Source: Minisyncoccia bacterium (GTDB lineage Bacteria > Patescibacteriota > Minisyncoccia > UBA6257 > 2-01-FULL-56-20). From it: a DNA stretch of 64,000 bases. Under the pieces are notes generated by a model, which worked only from the letters and a program-made list of their open reading frames with translations, was not told the DNA's origin and searched no databases. A program made the position numbers and the translations under genes. How positions within the stretch are numbered: the stretch's first letter is position 1; each line of letters starts with the position of its first letter. The stretch covers positions 8,928 to 72,927 of the forward strand of contig JBEKRC010000004.1 of assembly GCA_049997875.1 (NCBI GenBank). Direction: 5' to 3'. Below are positions 1-9,487 of the stretch, one piece after another.

Positions 1-85
1 AAAAATGGGACTCAAGCACCTCGTACGGCGCCCCGTCCATAATAAAAAGAATCCCCTTAGTGAGATCAGTATAGGCCAGCGACAT
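1..85 (-). CDS. efp: Elongation factor P, 5' part (runs off window)
   Basis: Manual translation from ATG at 85: MSLAYTDLTKGILFIMDGAPYEVLESHF, matching the EF-P N-terminal KOW-like pattern; not in ORF track. Confidence 0.8.
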   Translation of the reverse strand, partial: MSLAYTDLTKGILFIMDGAPYEVLESHF

Positions 86-105
86 ATTGGATAGGATTGT
101 AAACC

Positions 106-140
106 AAAAACCGCCGGGATGCAACTCCTCGGCGGCTTTT
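106..140. terminator. Hairpin / probable intrinsic terminator after khpA
   Basis: AAAAA-CCGCCG...CGGCGG-CTTTT inverted repeat with A and T tracts on either side. Confidence 0.55.
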
Positions 141-171
141 GTGCGAAAGTGTTATACGTTGCGCGTATAGC

Positions 172-501
172 TTAGTACCCGTCGCGAGTCGCTTCCGGTC
201 TTCCTTCGCCTCTCGGTCGTTCGGTCCTCGGAGGCCTTGTGCTCCCTTCCGGCTCTTCAATCTTCAGATTCACGCGGGCGTTGTTCTTGACGCCGACGAT
301 CCTCAAAAGCGAGCGGATGGCCTTCGCGGTCGCGCCCTGACGGCCGACCACCTGGCCCATGTCCATCGCGTTCACGCGAAGGGAGAGCAAAACGCCCATT
401 TCGTCAACCTTTCGGTCAACCTTCACGTCCTCCGGATGGTCCACGAGAGACTTCACCAGATACTCAAGGAATTCCTGATCTGCAGTAGATGAATTCGCCA
501 T
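172..501 (-). CDS. khpA: KH-domain RNA-binding protein KhpA (YlqC)
   Basis: LVDHPEDV...DMGQVVGRQGATAKAIRSLL motif; canonical position downstream of rpsP. Confidence 0.9.
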   Translation of the reverse strand: MANSSTADQEFLEYLVKSLVDHPEDVKVDRKVDEMGVLLSLRVNAMDMGQVVGRQGATAKAIRSLLRIVGVKNNARVNLKIEEPEGSTRPPRTERPRGEGRPEATRDGY

Positions 502-531
502 TGAACTTCTGTTTGTGCTTTCGACCTTTCG

Positions 532-888
532 CTATTGTGCCGCCGCAGCGGTTCCGGCCATTTTCTCTTTGTCTGCAGAAGCTGCCGCAGCGCCGACTGC
601 CGCCCCTTCCCCCGCTTTTGCTTTCTTTCTCGTCTTCACCGTCTTCTTCGGAAGGGAAAGCGCCCCGTGCGCCACAAGCAAATTATGCACCGTAAGCGTC
701 GGCTGCGCGCCCATTTTCACCCAATGCGCAACACGCTCCTTGTTCAACGCTGCCACTTTTGTAAGCGGATGGTACGAGCCAAGGTCTTCCACGGGCGGTG
801 CCGCCATTTTGGACCGCTTCTCGGCAACAACCAACCGATAGCTTGGATGATGCTTCTTGCCGATACGCTGCAACTTGATCGCCAACAT
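532..888 (-). CDS. rpsP: 30S ribosomal protein S16
   Basis: MLAIKLQRIGKKHHPSYRLVV...EDLGSYHP...WVKMGAQPT; start set at ATG 888, 7 nt after a TGnTACACT -10 box. Confidence 0.95.
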   Translation of the reverse strand: MLAIKLQRIGKKHHPSYRLVVAEKRSKMAAPPVEDLGSYHPLTKVAALNKERVAHWVKMGAQPTLTVHNLLVAHGALSLPKKTVKTRKKAKAGEGAAVGAAAASADKEKMAGTAAAAQ

Positions 889-910
889 AGGGAACAGTGT
901 AGCAAAATCC

Positions 911-935
911 AAAACCCCGCGTCAAGCGGGGTTTT
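911..935. terminator. Bidirectional intrinsic terminator-like hairpin
   Basis: Perfect IR AAAACCCCGC-gtcaa-GCGGGGTTTT. Confidence 0.7.
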
Positions 936-998
936 AGATGCTACGCACATAAATTTGGTTTTTGCCTCGCTGCCAAATTTAGAATCTTTTCACAAACT

Positions 999-1682
999 CT
1001 ATCGCGCTTCCGTGCGATCGCGCAACTTTCCCAAAAGGTATGTCGCGTATTCCCTCCCGCCAAGGCCGAAGGCCAAACCGCCCGCCAGGGCAAGCATCGC
1101 GATGAATCCCGTCACAATGCTTTGGATGATAGAAACCGCAATCTCTAGCTGCGTAAGCGCCGCAAGGAACCCGAAGATCACGATCGCCCACCACGTGAGC
1201 GTCCCCAAGAAGTGCGCCGCGTGGAGCTTTGCGCTCAAAACCGACGCCATCACGACCCGCCGCATGAAATGCCCCACGACCACCGCCGCGAGCATGATGA
1301 GCACCGCCGCGATCACGTTCGGAATATACGTGAGCACCGCGCCCAAGAAGTTTGAGAGTGCGTAGAGGCCCAGGCTGCCGCACACCGCAAGCAGAAACGC
1401 AATCACAATGAACCAGTAGACCAGGCGGCCGAGGAAATACGATCCCCGAAGGCGCAGGCCGGCGCGTTCAAAATAGGGCCTCAGACCAAGCTTTTGAAGA
1501 AACGTGTCCAGGCGAAGCGCTTCAAAGATCTTTTCCACGAGCGCTCCCAGCGCTGCGGCGACGATAAGGCCGAGGATAAGAACGATGATTGCTCCGATCA
1601 GGTTCGGCACAAAGCTCGCGAATTGGAGCCATACGCTCTGGAGCGACACCACCACAAACTCCGTCCAACTCTGTATTATCAT
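999..1682 (-). CDS. TM-helix repeat membrane protein (CmpX / MscS-like TM region)
   Basis: Two 'FVPNLIGAIIVLILG'/'YIPNVIAAVLIML' repeats and C-terminal ALAGGLAFGLGGR; start uncertain (ORF extends to 1703). Confidence 0.75.
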   Translation of the reverse strand: MIIQSWTEFVVVSLQSVWLQFASFVPNLIGAIIVLILGLIVAAALGALVEKIFEALRLDTFLQKLGLRPYFERAGLRLRGSYFLGRLVYWFIVIAFLLAVCGSLGLYALSNFLGAVLTYIPNVIAAVLIMLAAVVVGHFMRRVVMASVLSAKLHAAHFLGTLTWWAIVIFGFLAALTQLEIAVSIIQSIVTGFIAMLALAGGLAFGLGGREYATYLLGKLRDRTEAR

Positions 1683-1747
1683 TATTTCATGACAAACCCC
1701 CAAAACTGTCGACCTTTAGGCTACCCTATTATTATAACCGATTCAGC

Positions 1748-2440
1748 CTAGCCGGCTGTGGATGACGCAAGGGCTCGGTCAATCACCGCTTTAAAGTCAT
1801 CAAAGCCGTTCGGATTCGGAATCTGCGTCCGATTTAGGAAGAAGGTCGGTGTGTGGTCAATGGAAGCAGCGTTCCCGCTTGCCACATCGGCAGCAATCTT
1901 ATCCGTCACCTTGGTTGTATTGATGTCCTGGTTAAACTTATTCACGTCCAAACCGAGCGAGGCAGCGTAGCCGTCAAAATATTGGCCCACGACTGCGTCC
2001 GGCGATGCGGCCACCCACTCGCTTTGTTTTTGATACAGCACGCCGTGCATCTCCCAATATTTTCCCTGAAGCCCTGCCGCTTCCGCCGCCTGTGAGGAAA
2101 TCTGCGCATCGGGGTGAATGGAATACAATGGAAAATTCCTGAATGCGAAAAGGACCGTGCTGCTGAAATTCTGCACAAGCTGGCTCATGATCGGCGCCCA
2201 TTCGGCACATGCCGGGCATTCATAGTCGGCATATTCAATCACGGTCACGCTTGCTTTCGGATTGCCGCGCGTCCAGTCGGAAGACGCGATCGCGGGCACC
2301 GTGGTCGCCACGAATCCCTTGGGAGTTGAACTGCTGTTTGATCCCGTAGAAAATCCGCCGGACAAGACACCCGCCACAATCACGACCGCTACCGCGAGCG
2401 CCACAAACCCAATGATGAACCAAAGTGTGATTTTATCCAT
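1748..2440 (-). CDS. DsbA/BdbD-family thiol-disulfide oxidoreductase, membrane anchored
   Basis: EYADYECPAC CxxC motif, FRNFPL, cis-Pro TPTFF; N-terminal TM from MDKITLW. Confidence 0.9.
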   Translation of the reverse strand: MDKITLWFIIGFVALAVAVVIVAGVLSGGFSTGSNSSSTPKGFVATTVPAIASSDWTRGNPKASVTVIEYADYECPACAEWAPIMSQLVQNFSSTVLFAFRNFPLYSIHPDAQISSQAAEAAGLQGKYWEMHGVLYQKQSEWVAASPDAVVGQYFDGYAASLGLDVNKFNQDINTTKVTDKIAADVASGNAASIDHTPTFFLNRTQIPNPNGFDDFKAVIDRALASSTAG

Positions 2441-2444
2441 AGGA

Positions 2445-2660
2445 TTACGGCCGGTTATGCCGCAAATTGTCCATCGCCCAGCAATATTCAATAAATAGAA
2501 ACGCAATCCACTGCGGGTCGTGCATCGCAATAAGGATCCAGGTACCGAAAACAAGCGCCACTGTTTCAATCACCCAAAAAATCGCATCAAAGATCTCCTC
2601 GTGCCGCGATTTCTCCTCGTTATTCGTGATGTATTTCAGAAATTTCCACACGATTTTCAT
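2445..2660 (-). CDS. Small hypothetical membrane protein
   Basis: MKIVWKFLKY... with two hydrophobic segments; packed between neighbours. Confidence 0.55.
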   Translation of the reverse strand: MKIVWKFLKYITNNEEKSRHEEIFDAIFWVIETVALVFGTWILIAMHDPQWIAFLFIEYCWAMDNLRHNRP

Positions 2661-2668
2661 GTTACGCG

Positions 2669-2980
2669 TTATTGCAGCAATAGCACAATCACCACTCCGA
2701 TAAGGAACAAAATCAACCATGCGAGCGTGGCAAAGAGCAGAACAAATGCTTCCTTTTTAAGGCCGTTCAAATATAGGTAAATGGGTCTTCCCAGAACCAA
2801 TAGTCCCGTTATGGAAGCCGATACGACGAACAGCAGCAACGCGAACAACGGCGTAAGAAAACTGGTCGTCCTGCCGAAGATCGCCTGGCTATTGAAACCA
2901 AGCCAGGCAACCGCAGCGACATATAAAAACGTACCGACCGCGCTTATCAAACTTTTTGAGACATACTCTGACTTTTTCAT
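2669..2980 (-). CDS. Hypothetical 3-TM membrane protein
   Basis: 103 aa hydrophobic ORF (LLFVVSASITGLLVLGRP) just downstream of tRNA-Ala. Confidence 0.75.
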   Translation of the reverse strand: MKKSEYVSKSLISAVGTFLYVAAVAWLGFNSQAIFGRTTSFLTPLFALLLFVVSASITGLLVLGRPIYLYLNGLKKEAFVLLFATLAWLILFLIGVVIVLLLQ

Positions 2981-2997
2981 AGATTTCGTTTTCCTTG

Positions 2998-3068
2998 TGG
3001 ACTCAGCGAGAATCGGACTCGCGTCTCCGCAATGCGAATGCGGCGTATTACCACTATACTATGAGCCC
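2998..3068 (-). tRNA. tRNA-Ala(CGC)
   Basis: GGGCTCA/TGAGTCC acceptor with G3:U70, anticodon arm CCGCA-TT CGC AT-TGCGG, T arm GCGAG-TCCGATT-CTCGC; CCA not encoded. Confidence 0.9.
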
Positions 3069-3115
3069 CTGTTTCTCTTTAGAAGATAATAGCACCTAAC
3101 AAAAAGTTTTTCAAT

Positions 3116-4012
3116 TCATTTCAGGAAATTATAGGGAAAGTTGCTGAATCTTCTCTTCGCGAACATCGGTACGGAATGAAAGAACTGGATCCATGCCCTA
3201 AGGTAGTGTTTTTTAACATAGATGTCCTCATTGTGCTCAACGAGCAGCTTGAATATCGCCAAAATTGTTTCTTGATAATACTCGTGGCTATTTGTGCGCA
3301 GAGTCTTTCGCCATAGATTGATTATTCTTTCGTTCTCGGGGGCGTTGATAAACGTTTCTACGGAGAAGAGAGACCTCGTCCCCAATATGCTGAATATTTC
3401 ATGTGCATCCGGATCGCCAATGGTTAGATATTTCCCTTTGTATGCATAAAGGATCCTCGGGAAGGGATCGTATCCGGTCTTGTCCTCTATCAAAAATGGG
3501 AGGCGGACGTTGCGCTCATCCAACTCTCTCTTTAGACGTTTGATCTGTTTCTTTCCATAATAATCGACGACGAAATGCTTCGGGTGCGGGACGATGATCA
3601 TCATTTCCCGTTTGTGAGCGACATACTCTAAAAACTCTTCTTCGGTGAGATTAGCAAAGATCTCTTCGTTAGGCAGAATTCGGTAATGAAGCTTCTCGGT
3701 GTAGCCCCTCAGATCGTCATGATTGCCGAAAGTCAGGAGTTCCCTTCTTGCAACTAGCTTTAAAACGGCGTCGGTCATCCTTTTTTTTATTTTCCACTGG
3801 ATGCCCGGGATGACCAGTACCTTTTCGGTGGAAAAACTTATCGCTTGGCTTACCAATAATGGAATTACGTTATGGTCCGATACGCCTAAAACCGCATATT
3901 CTTTTTCTTTCAGGGTTTTTTCCAAGTATGCCACATATTCGCGAATTGTGGTCGAGCTATCATGGGATCTTTCCGAATGGACGTGAAAAAGGAAAAAGAG
4001 GCGCGGGCTCAC
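3116..4012 (-). CDS. PHP-like metal-dependent phosphoesterase (divergent)
   Basis: FHVHSERSHDS (HxH..S.D), VSDHN, VPHP and GDPDAH motifs; AT-rich. Confidence 0.6.
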   Translation of the reverse strand: MSPRLFFLFHVHSERSHDSSTTIREYVAYLEKTLKEKEYAVLGVSDHNVIPLLVSQAISFSTEKVLVIPGIQWKIKKRMTDAVLKLVARRELLTFGNHDDLRGYTEKLHYRILPNEEIFANLTEEEFLEYVAHKREMMIIVPHPKHFVVDYYGKKQIKRLKRELDERNVRLPFLIEDKTGYDPFPRILYAYKGKYLTIGDPDAHEIFSILGTRSLFSVETFINAPENERIINLWRKTLRTNSHEYYQETILAIFKLLVEHNEDIYVKKHYLRAWIQFFHSVPMFAKRRFSNFPYNFLK

Positions 4013-4031
4013 AAGATAATGTTAACACGGC

Positions 4032-6254
4032 TCACGCCGCAGCCGGTTCCAGCTTCAGGGAAACGATCTTTGACGTCCCGTCCTCGCCAAGCGTCACGCC
4101 ATAGAGGATGTCCGCCACCTCCATCGTCGCGCGGTTGTGGGTCACGATGATAAATTGCGTCCGCTTTGAAAAATCTTTGAGCATGTCGCCGAAGCGGCGG
4201 GCATTGCGCTCGTCAAGAGGCGCGTCAACCTCGTCCAGCACAAGAAACGGCGGCGGACTTACGGCCACCATCGCGAAAAGCGCGGCGATGCCGACCAAGC
4301 TCCGCTCGCCGCCCGAGAGCATGTCAAGCGTCGTAACCTTCTTCCGCGGCAGGCGGATGTCAATGTCCACGCCGCCGTCTTTTTCTATCGCCATTTCCTC
4401 CTCGGCCTTCTCTCCCTCGTCACGCATCGCTCCCTCGCCAGCATCGCCTTCCTCCGCGTCGCCCGCCTCCACTTTTGCCACCCTTGGCTTTTCCACCTTC
4501 AACTTTGCCATGCCGCCGCCGAACATAAGCGCGAAGAATTTGCCGAATTCCTCATTGATCTTCGTAAGCGATTTATCAAATTCCGTTTTTATCTTTTCGC
4601 TCAATTCCTGCATGAGGCGCGTGAGGTCCGCAACTGCTTTTTCAAGGTCTTCGGATTCCTTTGTAAGGAAGGCGTACCGCGTTTCGGTGTCGCGCGCTTC
4701 TTTCATAAGTGCTTGATCAATCTCACCGATGGATGCAAGATCGCCACGCAGTCGGAAAATCCGCTGCTCCATTGCATGAAGATCGCCCTCGTGCATGGCT
4801 TCCGGAACCTCCGCGTGCGCGAATTCCTCCGCGCGCCGCCCCGCCTGCTCAATTTGGTGCAATACCTCGCCGCGCCGCAAATCCACCCGCTCTTTCTGGA
4901 GCACATGCTCCCGATGCTCGTTTTCCCATTCCCCTATCCGGTCCTTCGCCGCCTGCACATCCGCAACCGCGGCCTTGAAAACCTTGTAAAAACTTTCCTG
5001 GCTTTGCTCAAAGGATTTTTCTTTTTCCCGAAGCCCAAGAACTTCTTTCTCCAGAGAAACGAGGTCGCGGGATATTTTCTCAAATTGCGCCTTAAGCCCG
5101 CCCTCCGCGTCTTTCGATTTTCCGCCTTCCTTTTCTTTCTCTACGAGGACATCCTTAATTTCCTCCAGGATATTTTCTGCCGTCGCATGCAGTTCAAGCG
5201 CATCTTCCTCAAGCGCGCGTTCCAGCTCTTCCTTCACCATACGCACCAGGTTCAAAAGGCGCTCTGCGGAGGGACTGCTGCTTGTGACGCCAGTTTCTCC
5301 CGATTCTCTGAGCTCAATCTGCGCCTCCAAGCGCCCGAGATCTTTCTGCAGGGCACTTCGTTTCTCCCCCAACGACCCGATCTCGGCGCGGATCGCCGCA
5401 AGGTTCTTCTGCTCCGCCGGCTGGCTCGCTTCAATCTCCGCCTGCCGCGTTTCCGCCTCGCGCCGCGCGCGGTCCAAAATCTCCCGCTGTTTCTCGTTTA
5501 CCGCAATCTTTTCTTCCACTTCCCCGCTCTGCCGCGCGAGCTCCTTCAATCGGAAGCCGAAAAAGATCGCCTCCAGCCCGCGCAATTCCTCCTCAAGCGC
5601 GCCGCGCTTTTCCCACCGGTTCGTCTGCCGCTTCAGTGACCGCAAGTGCGGCAGGATTTCTTCAACCAGCGCTTTCGTTTTATCCAAATTGATCCGGCTA
5701 TTCTTCAACCGCCGCTCCGCATCCGCCTTTTTGAGCTGATATTCGCGGAGACCTAAAAGTTCCTCTATCATCTCGCGGCGCTCCATGGGCGTTGAGCGGA
5801 CAAAAAGATCGCTGTCGCCCTGGCCTATAATGATGAGCCCGCGCGAGCCCATGCGCGCCTTTGCAAAGAAATCAACAAGGTCGCGGAGAAGCACCTCCGC
5901 CTTATTCAAAAAATACTTGCTGTCGCCGCCGCGCGAAACCTGCCGCGTGATCATAACCTCCTCAAAATCCACCGGGAAAAACTTGTTCCGGTTCTCAAAG
6001 TGCAAACTGGCGTTCGCCATACCCACGCGCGGACGCTTCTGGGTCCCGGCGAAAATAAGGTCTTCCACTTTACCGCCGCGCAGATTTTTCGCATCCCGCT
6101 CGCCGAGAAGCCATCGCATGGCGTCCACCAAGTTTGATTTCCCTGACCCATTCGGCCCCACGATCGCCACAATCCCCGCCGGAAATTCCAAAACCGTCTT
6201 CCCCGCGAAGGATTTGAATCCGTTCAATTCAAGCCGCTTCAAAAAATGTGCCAT
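4032..6254 (-). CDS. smc: Chromosome segregation SMC protein, short form (~740 aa)
   Basis: Walker A GPNGSGKSN, signature LSGGE, Walker B/D-loop LDEVDAPLD, coiled coils; follows rnc; start at MAHFLKRLE. Confidence 0.9.
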   Translation of the reverse strand: MAHFLKRLELNGFKSFAGKTVLEFPAGIVAIVGPNGSGKSNLVDAMRWLLGERDAKNLRGGKVEDLIFAGTQKRPRVGMANASLHFENRNKFFPVDFEEVMITRQVSRGGDSKYFLNKAEVLLRDLVDFFAKARMGSRGLIIIGQGDSDLFVRSTPMERREMIEELLGLREYQLKKADAERRLKNSRINLDKTKALVEEILPHLRSLKRQTNRWEKRGALEEELRGLEAIFFGFRLKELARQSGEVEEKIAVNEKQREILDRARREAETRQAEIEASQPAEQKNLAAIRAEIGSLGEKRSALQKDLGRLEAQIELRESGETGVTSSSPSAERLLNLVRMVKEELERALEEDALELHATAENILEEIKDVLVEKEKEGGKSKDAEGGLKAQFEKISRDLVSLEKEVLGLREKEKSFEQSQESFYKVFKAAVADVQAAKDRIGEWENEHREHVLQKERVDLRRGEVLHQIEQAGRRAEEFAHAEVPEAMHEGDLHAMEQRIFRLRGDLASIGEIDQALMKEARDTETRYAFLTKESEDLEKAVADLTRLMQELSEKIKTEFDKSLTKINEEFGKFFALMFGGGMAKLKVEKPRVAKVEAGDAEEGDAGEGAMRDEGEKAEEEMAIEKDGGVDIDIRLPRKKVTTLDMLSGGERSLVGIAALFAMVAVSPPPFLVLDEVDAPLDERNARRFGDMLKDFSKRTQFIIVTHNRATMEVADILYGVTLGEDGTSKIVSLKLEPAAA

Positions 6255-6258
6255 TGCG

Positions 6259-6948
6259 TTACGGGAGACGTTTTTGGAGCGCGTGCTTCGCTGCGTCAAG
6301 TTCTGCTTCCTGTTTGGATGCTCCCTCGCCGTCCGCCACAAACTTGTCCCCGAAATAAACGCCCATTTTGAAGACACGCTGGTGCGCGGGACCCGTTTCT
6401 TCCATCACGCGATAGGTAGGGGTGATGCGCAATCTTTCCTGGATCAATTCCTGCAGTTCGCTCTTCGCGTCCCGGTAGCTTTTCGTCTTCATCACATCCT
6501 CCAGGTTACTCACAATGTTCTTTTTCACGAACGCGTGAACTTTTTCAATCCCCTGGTCAAGGTACATCGCACCGATCACCGCCTCAATCGCGTTCGCGAG
6601 GATAACCTCGCGCGCCTTGCCGGTATCTTTCCGTTCGCCGCGCGACATCAGAATGAAACCATCCAAACCGATGGACTCCGCGATGCGCGCCAAAATTTGG
6701 TAGTTCACAAGCGCCGCGCGGAGCACGGTCAATTTTCCTTCGGGATAATCGGGAAATTTTGCGAAAAGCGCTTCCGAAACGAGCAATTCCAAAACCGCGT
6801 CGCCGAGATACTCCAGGCGCTCGTTGTGCGGCAACCGCCATCTCGGGAACTCATTCAAGTACGAACGGTGGGTCAGCGCTTCGGTCAATAGGTCTTCGTT
6901 CTTGAATGAAATTCCGAGTTTTTTCTGTAATGGTGTGGTATCCATCAT
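6259..6948 (-). CDS. rnc: Ribonuclease III
   Basis: [12 protein letters not shown] signature and C-terminal dsRBD. Confidence 0.97.
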   Translation of the reverse strand: MMDTTPLQKKLGISFKNEDLLTEALTHRSYLNEFPRWRLPHNERLEYLGDAVLELLVSEALFAKFPDYPEGKLTVLRAALVNYQILARIAESIGLDGFILMSRGERKDTGKAREVILANAIEAVIGAMYLDQGIEKVHAFVKKNIVSNLEDVMKTKSYRDAKSELQELIQERLRITPTYRVMEETGPAHQRVFKMGVYFGDKFVADGEGASKQEAELDAAKHALQKRLP

Positions 6949-7403
6949 TTTTTTTGCGTGGAACGTTCTACGTCCGCCGCCTTCCGCTCTCCTACTTCGC
7001 GGTAGATCGTTCCCAAAACGCCGTTCACGAACCGCGCCGCGTTCGGTCCCCCGTAATTCTTCGCAAGCTCAATCGCTTCGTTGATGGCCACCTTCGGCGG
7101 CACTTCTTCGGGATCGGCGTACAAAAGCTCGTAGAGGCCGATGCGCAGGATGTTGCGGTCAATGATGGCGATCTTGTCCAGCGGCCACTCGGGAGCGGCT
7201 TTCGTGATCACATTGTCAATGTGTTTCGTGTGCTCCACGACGCCCTTCAAAATTTTCCACGCGAACTCCGGCTCATCAATGCTGGGCGCGAATTCGGCGA
7301 GGTTCCGCTCCAGAATCTCCGTCACGTCCTTTTTGCGACCGTAAAAATCCCACTCATAGAGGGTTTGGAGAATCACGGTCCGAATTAAGTGTCTGGTTGC
7401 CAT
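6945..7403 (-). CDS. nusB: Transcription antitermination factor NusB
   Basis: [11 protein letters not shown]...[14 protein letters not shown]...FVNGVLG. Confidence 0.97.
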   Translation of the reverse strand: MATRHLIRTVILQTLYEWDFYGRKKDVTEILERNLAEFAPSIDEPEFAWKILKGVVEHTKHIDNVITKAAPEWPLDKIAIIDRNILRIGLYELLYADPEEVPPKVAINEAIELAKNYGGPNAARFVNGVLGTIYREVGERKAADVERSTQKK

Positions 7404-7444
7404 TGTGTTTCTAAAGAACTGACCGCCCCGCTATCCGCGCGCCT

Positions 7445-7597
7445 TCATTTTGCTCCGCATTGCGCGCAGGCGCGGTGCGCCAATTTCGGCGCGCCGCAAT
7501 TTTTACAGACAAACAGGCGCTGTTTTTTCATCGCCAAATGCGAACGCCGCCGACCCACTTTCCCTTTTGAGTGATGTTTGACTGGTACGCCTCCCAT
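7445..7597 (-). CDS. rpmF: 50S ribosomal protein L32
   Basis: Manual translation MGGVPVKHHSKGKVGRRRSH...CKNCG...HRACAQCG (50 aa, below ORF-track cutoff). Confidence 0.93.
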   Translation of the reverse strand: MGGVPVKHHSKGKVGRRRSHLAMKKQRLFVCKNCGAPKLAHRACAQCGAK

Positions 7598-7612
7598 TGC
7601 CTTGCCGCGTGT

Positions 7613-8212
7613 CTATGCGTCCATGATAGATGATTTTGCGACGAACGTCAAACGGTGCGCGGGGCAGGGGCCGTGCGTTTGGATCGCCTTCCGATGCGCT
7701 TTCGTTCCGTATCCTTTGTGGATTTCAAAACCGTATGCCGGGTATCGCTTCGCAAGCCGCCGCATCAGGCGGTCGCGATGAACCTTCGCCACAACCGAGG
7801 CAATCTTTACGGCGTTTATCTTTTCGTCGCCCCTCACGATTGTCTTTGCACCCGTAGGCTGCTCGCCATTGCCCAAAAAAAGGCCGCCATCAAGGAAAAC
7901 GCGGCAGTTCCTTATCCCCGTCAATCTTCCAAAAGCCCGCGCTGCCGCAAGATTGGCGGCTTTTGAAATGTTCCGCTTCTCTATCTGTCGCGGATACACA
8001 CGCGCTAAAGCGAATTCTACAATCTGATGTTCGTTCCAATACGCGCACCACGCTTCGCGCTTCTTCGCGCTCAACTTCTTGGAATCTTTTAATATGCCGA
8101 GTATGCGATTGTGCGGTTTAAATCCGGCGGGCACTGCTGCGGCAGCAACCACGACCGGTCCCGCAAGCGCGCCGCGGCCAACTTCATCCACCCCCACAAT
8201 CCATTTCGTCAT
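7613..8212 (-). CDS. rnhB: Ribonuclease HII
   Basis: GVDEVGRGALAGPV, DSKKL, HKGYGT. Confidence 0.95.
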   Translation of the reverse strand: MTKWIVGVDEVGRGALAGPVVVAAAAVPAGFKPHNRILGILKDSKKLSAKKREAWCAYWNEHQIVEFALARVYPRQIEKRNISKAANLAAARAFGRLTGIRNCRVFLDGGLFLGNGEQPTGAKTIVRGDEKINAVKIASVVAKVHRDRLMRRLAKRYPAYGFEIHKGYGTKAHRKAIQTHGPCPAHRLTFVAKSSIMDA

Positions 8213-8223
8213 TGAAAAGCTTT

Positions 8224-8634
8224 TTAGAGCCCTCCCCCAAAATTCCCCAAATTCCCCACCTCATTTAATGACGACTGGACCAGCTGCTGCGTCCACACGA
8301 TCAAAAGCCACATCATGACAACCGTTGAGATTCCCATAAGCACGGAGGCGATGATGCCGATCTGTTTCGCATTTTCATCGTCGGATCTGATATATTTGAC
8401 CCCCGGCCAATAATGTAACGCCAGGAACGCGATCCACGGCATAACAATGCTCAACGCATAAATCCATGCCTGCGTTGCCGCCGTCGTGGAAAGTGGTTTC
8501 TCTTTGAGCGCCCCTCCGCAGTTCGGACAAAAATAAAATTCCGGCTGCACCGGCTGATGGCACGCGGGACAGATAGACAGGCGTGCATCTGGTGCTTGCG
8601 TCACCGGAGAAATTGGCACAGGGATGTTCTCCAT
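8224..8634 (-). CDS. Zinc-ribbon membrane protein
   Basis: CPAC...FCPNCG then two TM segments. Confidence 0.75.
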   Translation of the reverse strand: MENIPVPISPVTQAPDARLSICPACHQPVQPEFYFCPNCGGALKEKPLSTTAATQAWIYALSIVMPWIAFLALHYWPGVKYIRSDDENAKQIGIIASVLMGISTVVMMWLLIVWTQQLVQSSLNEVGNLGNFGGGL

Positions 8635-8643
8635 ACCTTTATT

Positions 8644-9486
8644 TTAGCATCTGTAGGAATTTATCAACCTTTCCAATATTTCCTTTTTCTCCAAAGATTC
8701 TTTCCAAACACTGTTTGAACGTAATCCATTTATACAAACGCCGTCCGAAAAATTTATGACATCTCTAAATCTCAAAAGATCGGCTCTCCGTGAAATACAG
8801 AGTTCATAAAATCGCGCTTCCATCCGGCTCGCGATGCCGAGGTCGGCAAGCAATTCCTTCACTAACTGCAAAATTTCTAAAGAATGCTGGTATCCGCGGA
8901 CGATCCGTTTTCTTGGAGTAAACGTAACGTTGCCTTCGTCGTCATAAAAGGCTTTCAAAAATGCGGTCTTCTCCTCATAAGAACCGCCACGGATATAACT
9001 TAAAAGTTCTCTGACTTTCTGTCTCAAAAACGCTGCAATTTCAACATGATGATAGCTCACCCTCAACACGCCATCTGGCTTCCTGAGCAATTTATAATCA
9101 GAAACTCCCAGGACTGTATCCATAAGCGAGATGACGTTATTTACCAGTGTTCGGCTCCGATTGTTGTAAATAGATGAAACCCGCGAAATTTCTCCATCAA
9201 ACATAAAATGAGCCACCAAACCAACAAAGGCCGCATTCCATTCCAATGGCACCCGGTAAGAATACGGCTTTACAGATTTACCACGCCTCCCGTCGGTTAA
9301 TGTTTTCTGCTTGGCGCGATTGATGGCGAGGAGTCTTCCTTTAAGATAGTTGGACTTTGCTAAATTTTTTATGTGATAAAATGCGGTTGACTTGGGAATG
9401 TTCGTTTCGGTGATAATTTCACCCAAGGTGAAACCTTGCTGCCGAAGTAATTTTATTCTTTCAATGGTTTCAGCGCTCTGCTTCAT
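8644..9486 (-). CDS. HTH + double LAGLIDADG-like domain protein
   Basis: N-terminal HTH (GFTLGEII...IPKSTAFYHIK), motif 1 LVAHFMFDGEI, motif 2 FLKAFYDDEGNV; AT-rich. Confidence 0.75.
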   Translation of the reverse strand: MKQSAETIERIKLLRQQGFTLGEIITETNIPKSTAFYHIKNLAKSNYLKGRLLAINRAKQKTLTDGRRGKSVKPYSYRVPLEWNAAFVGLVAHFMFDGEISRVSSIYNNRSRTLVNNVISLMDTVLGVSDYKLLRKPDGVLRVSYHHVEIAAFLRQKVRELLSYIRGGSYEEKTAFLKAFYDDEGNVTFTPRKRIVRGYQHSLEILQLVKELLADLGIASRMEARFYELCISRRADLLRFRDVINFSDGVCINGLRSNSVWKESLEKKEILERLINSYRC

Positions 9487-9487
9487 G

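Noticed and set aside
4713-6891. Long + strand ORFs (308 aa, 368 aa) and similar antisense ORFs over dnaK, zwf-gnd, atp genes and murF
   Set aside because: Shadow ORFs opposite well-supported genes in GC-rich coding DNA; no motifs
8644-9486. Intein or group I intron host for the LAGLIDADG ORF
   Set aside because: No Hint motifs, and the flanking tRNA and genes are uninterrupted
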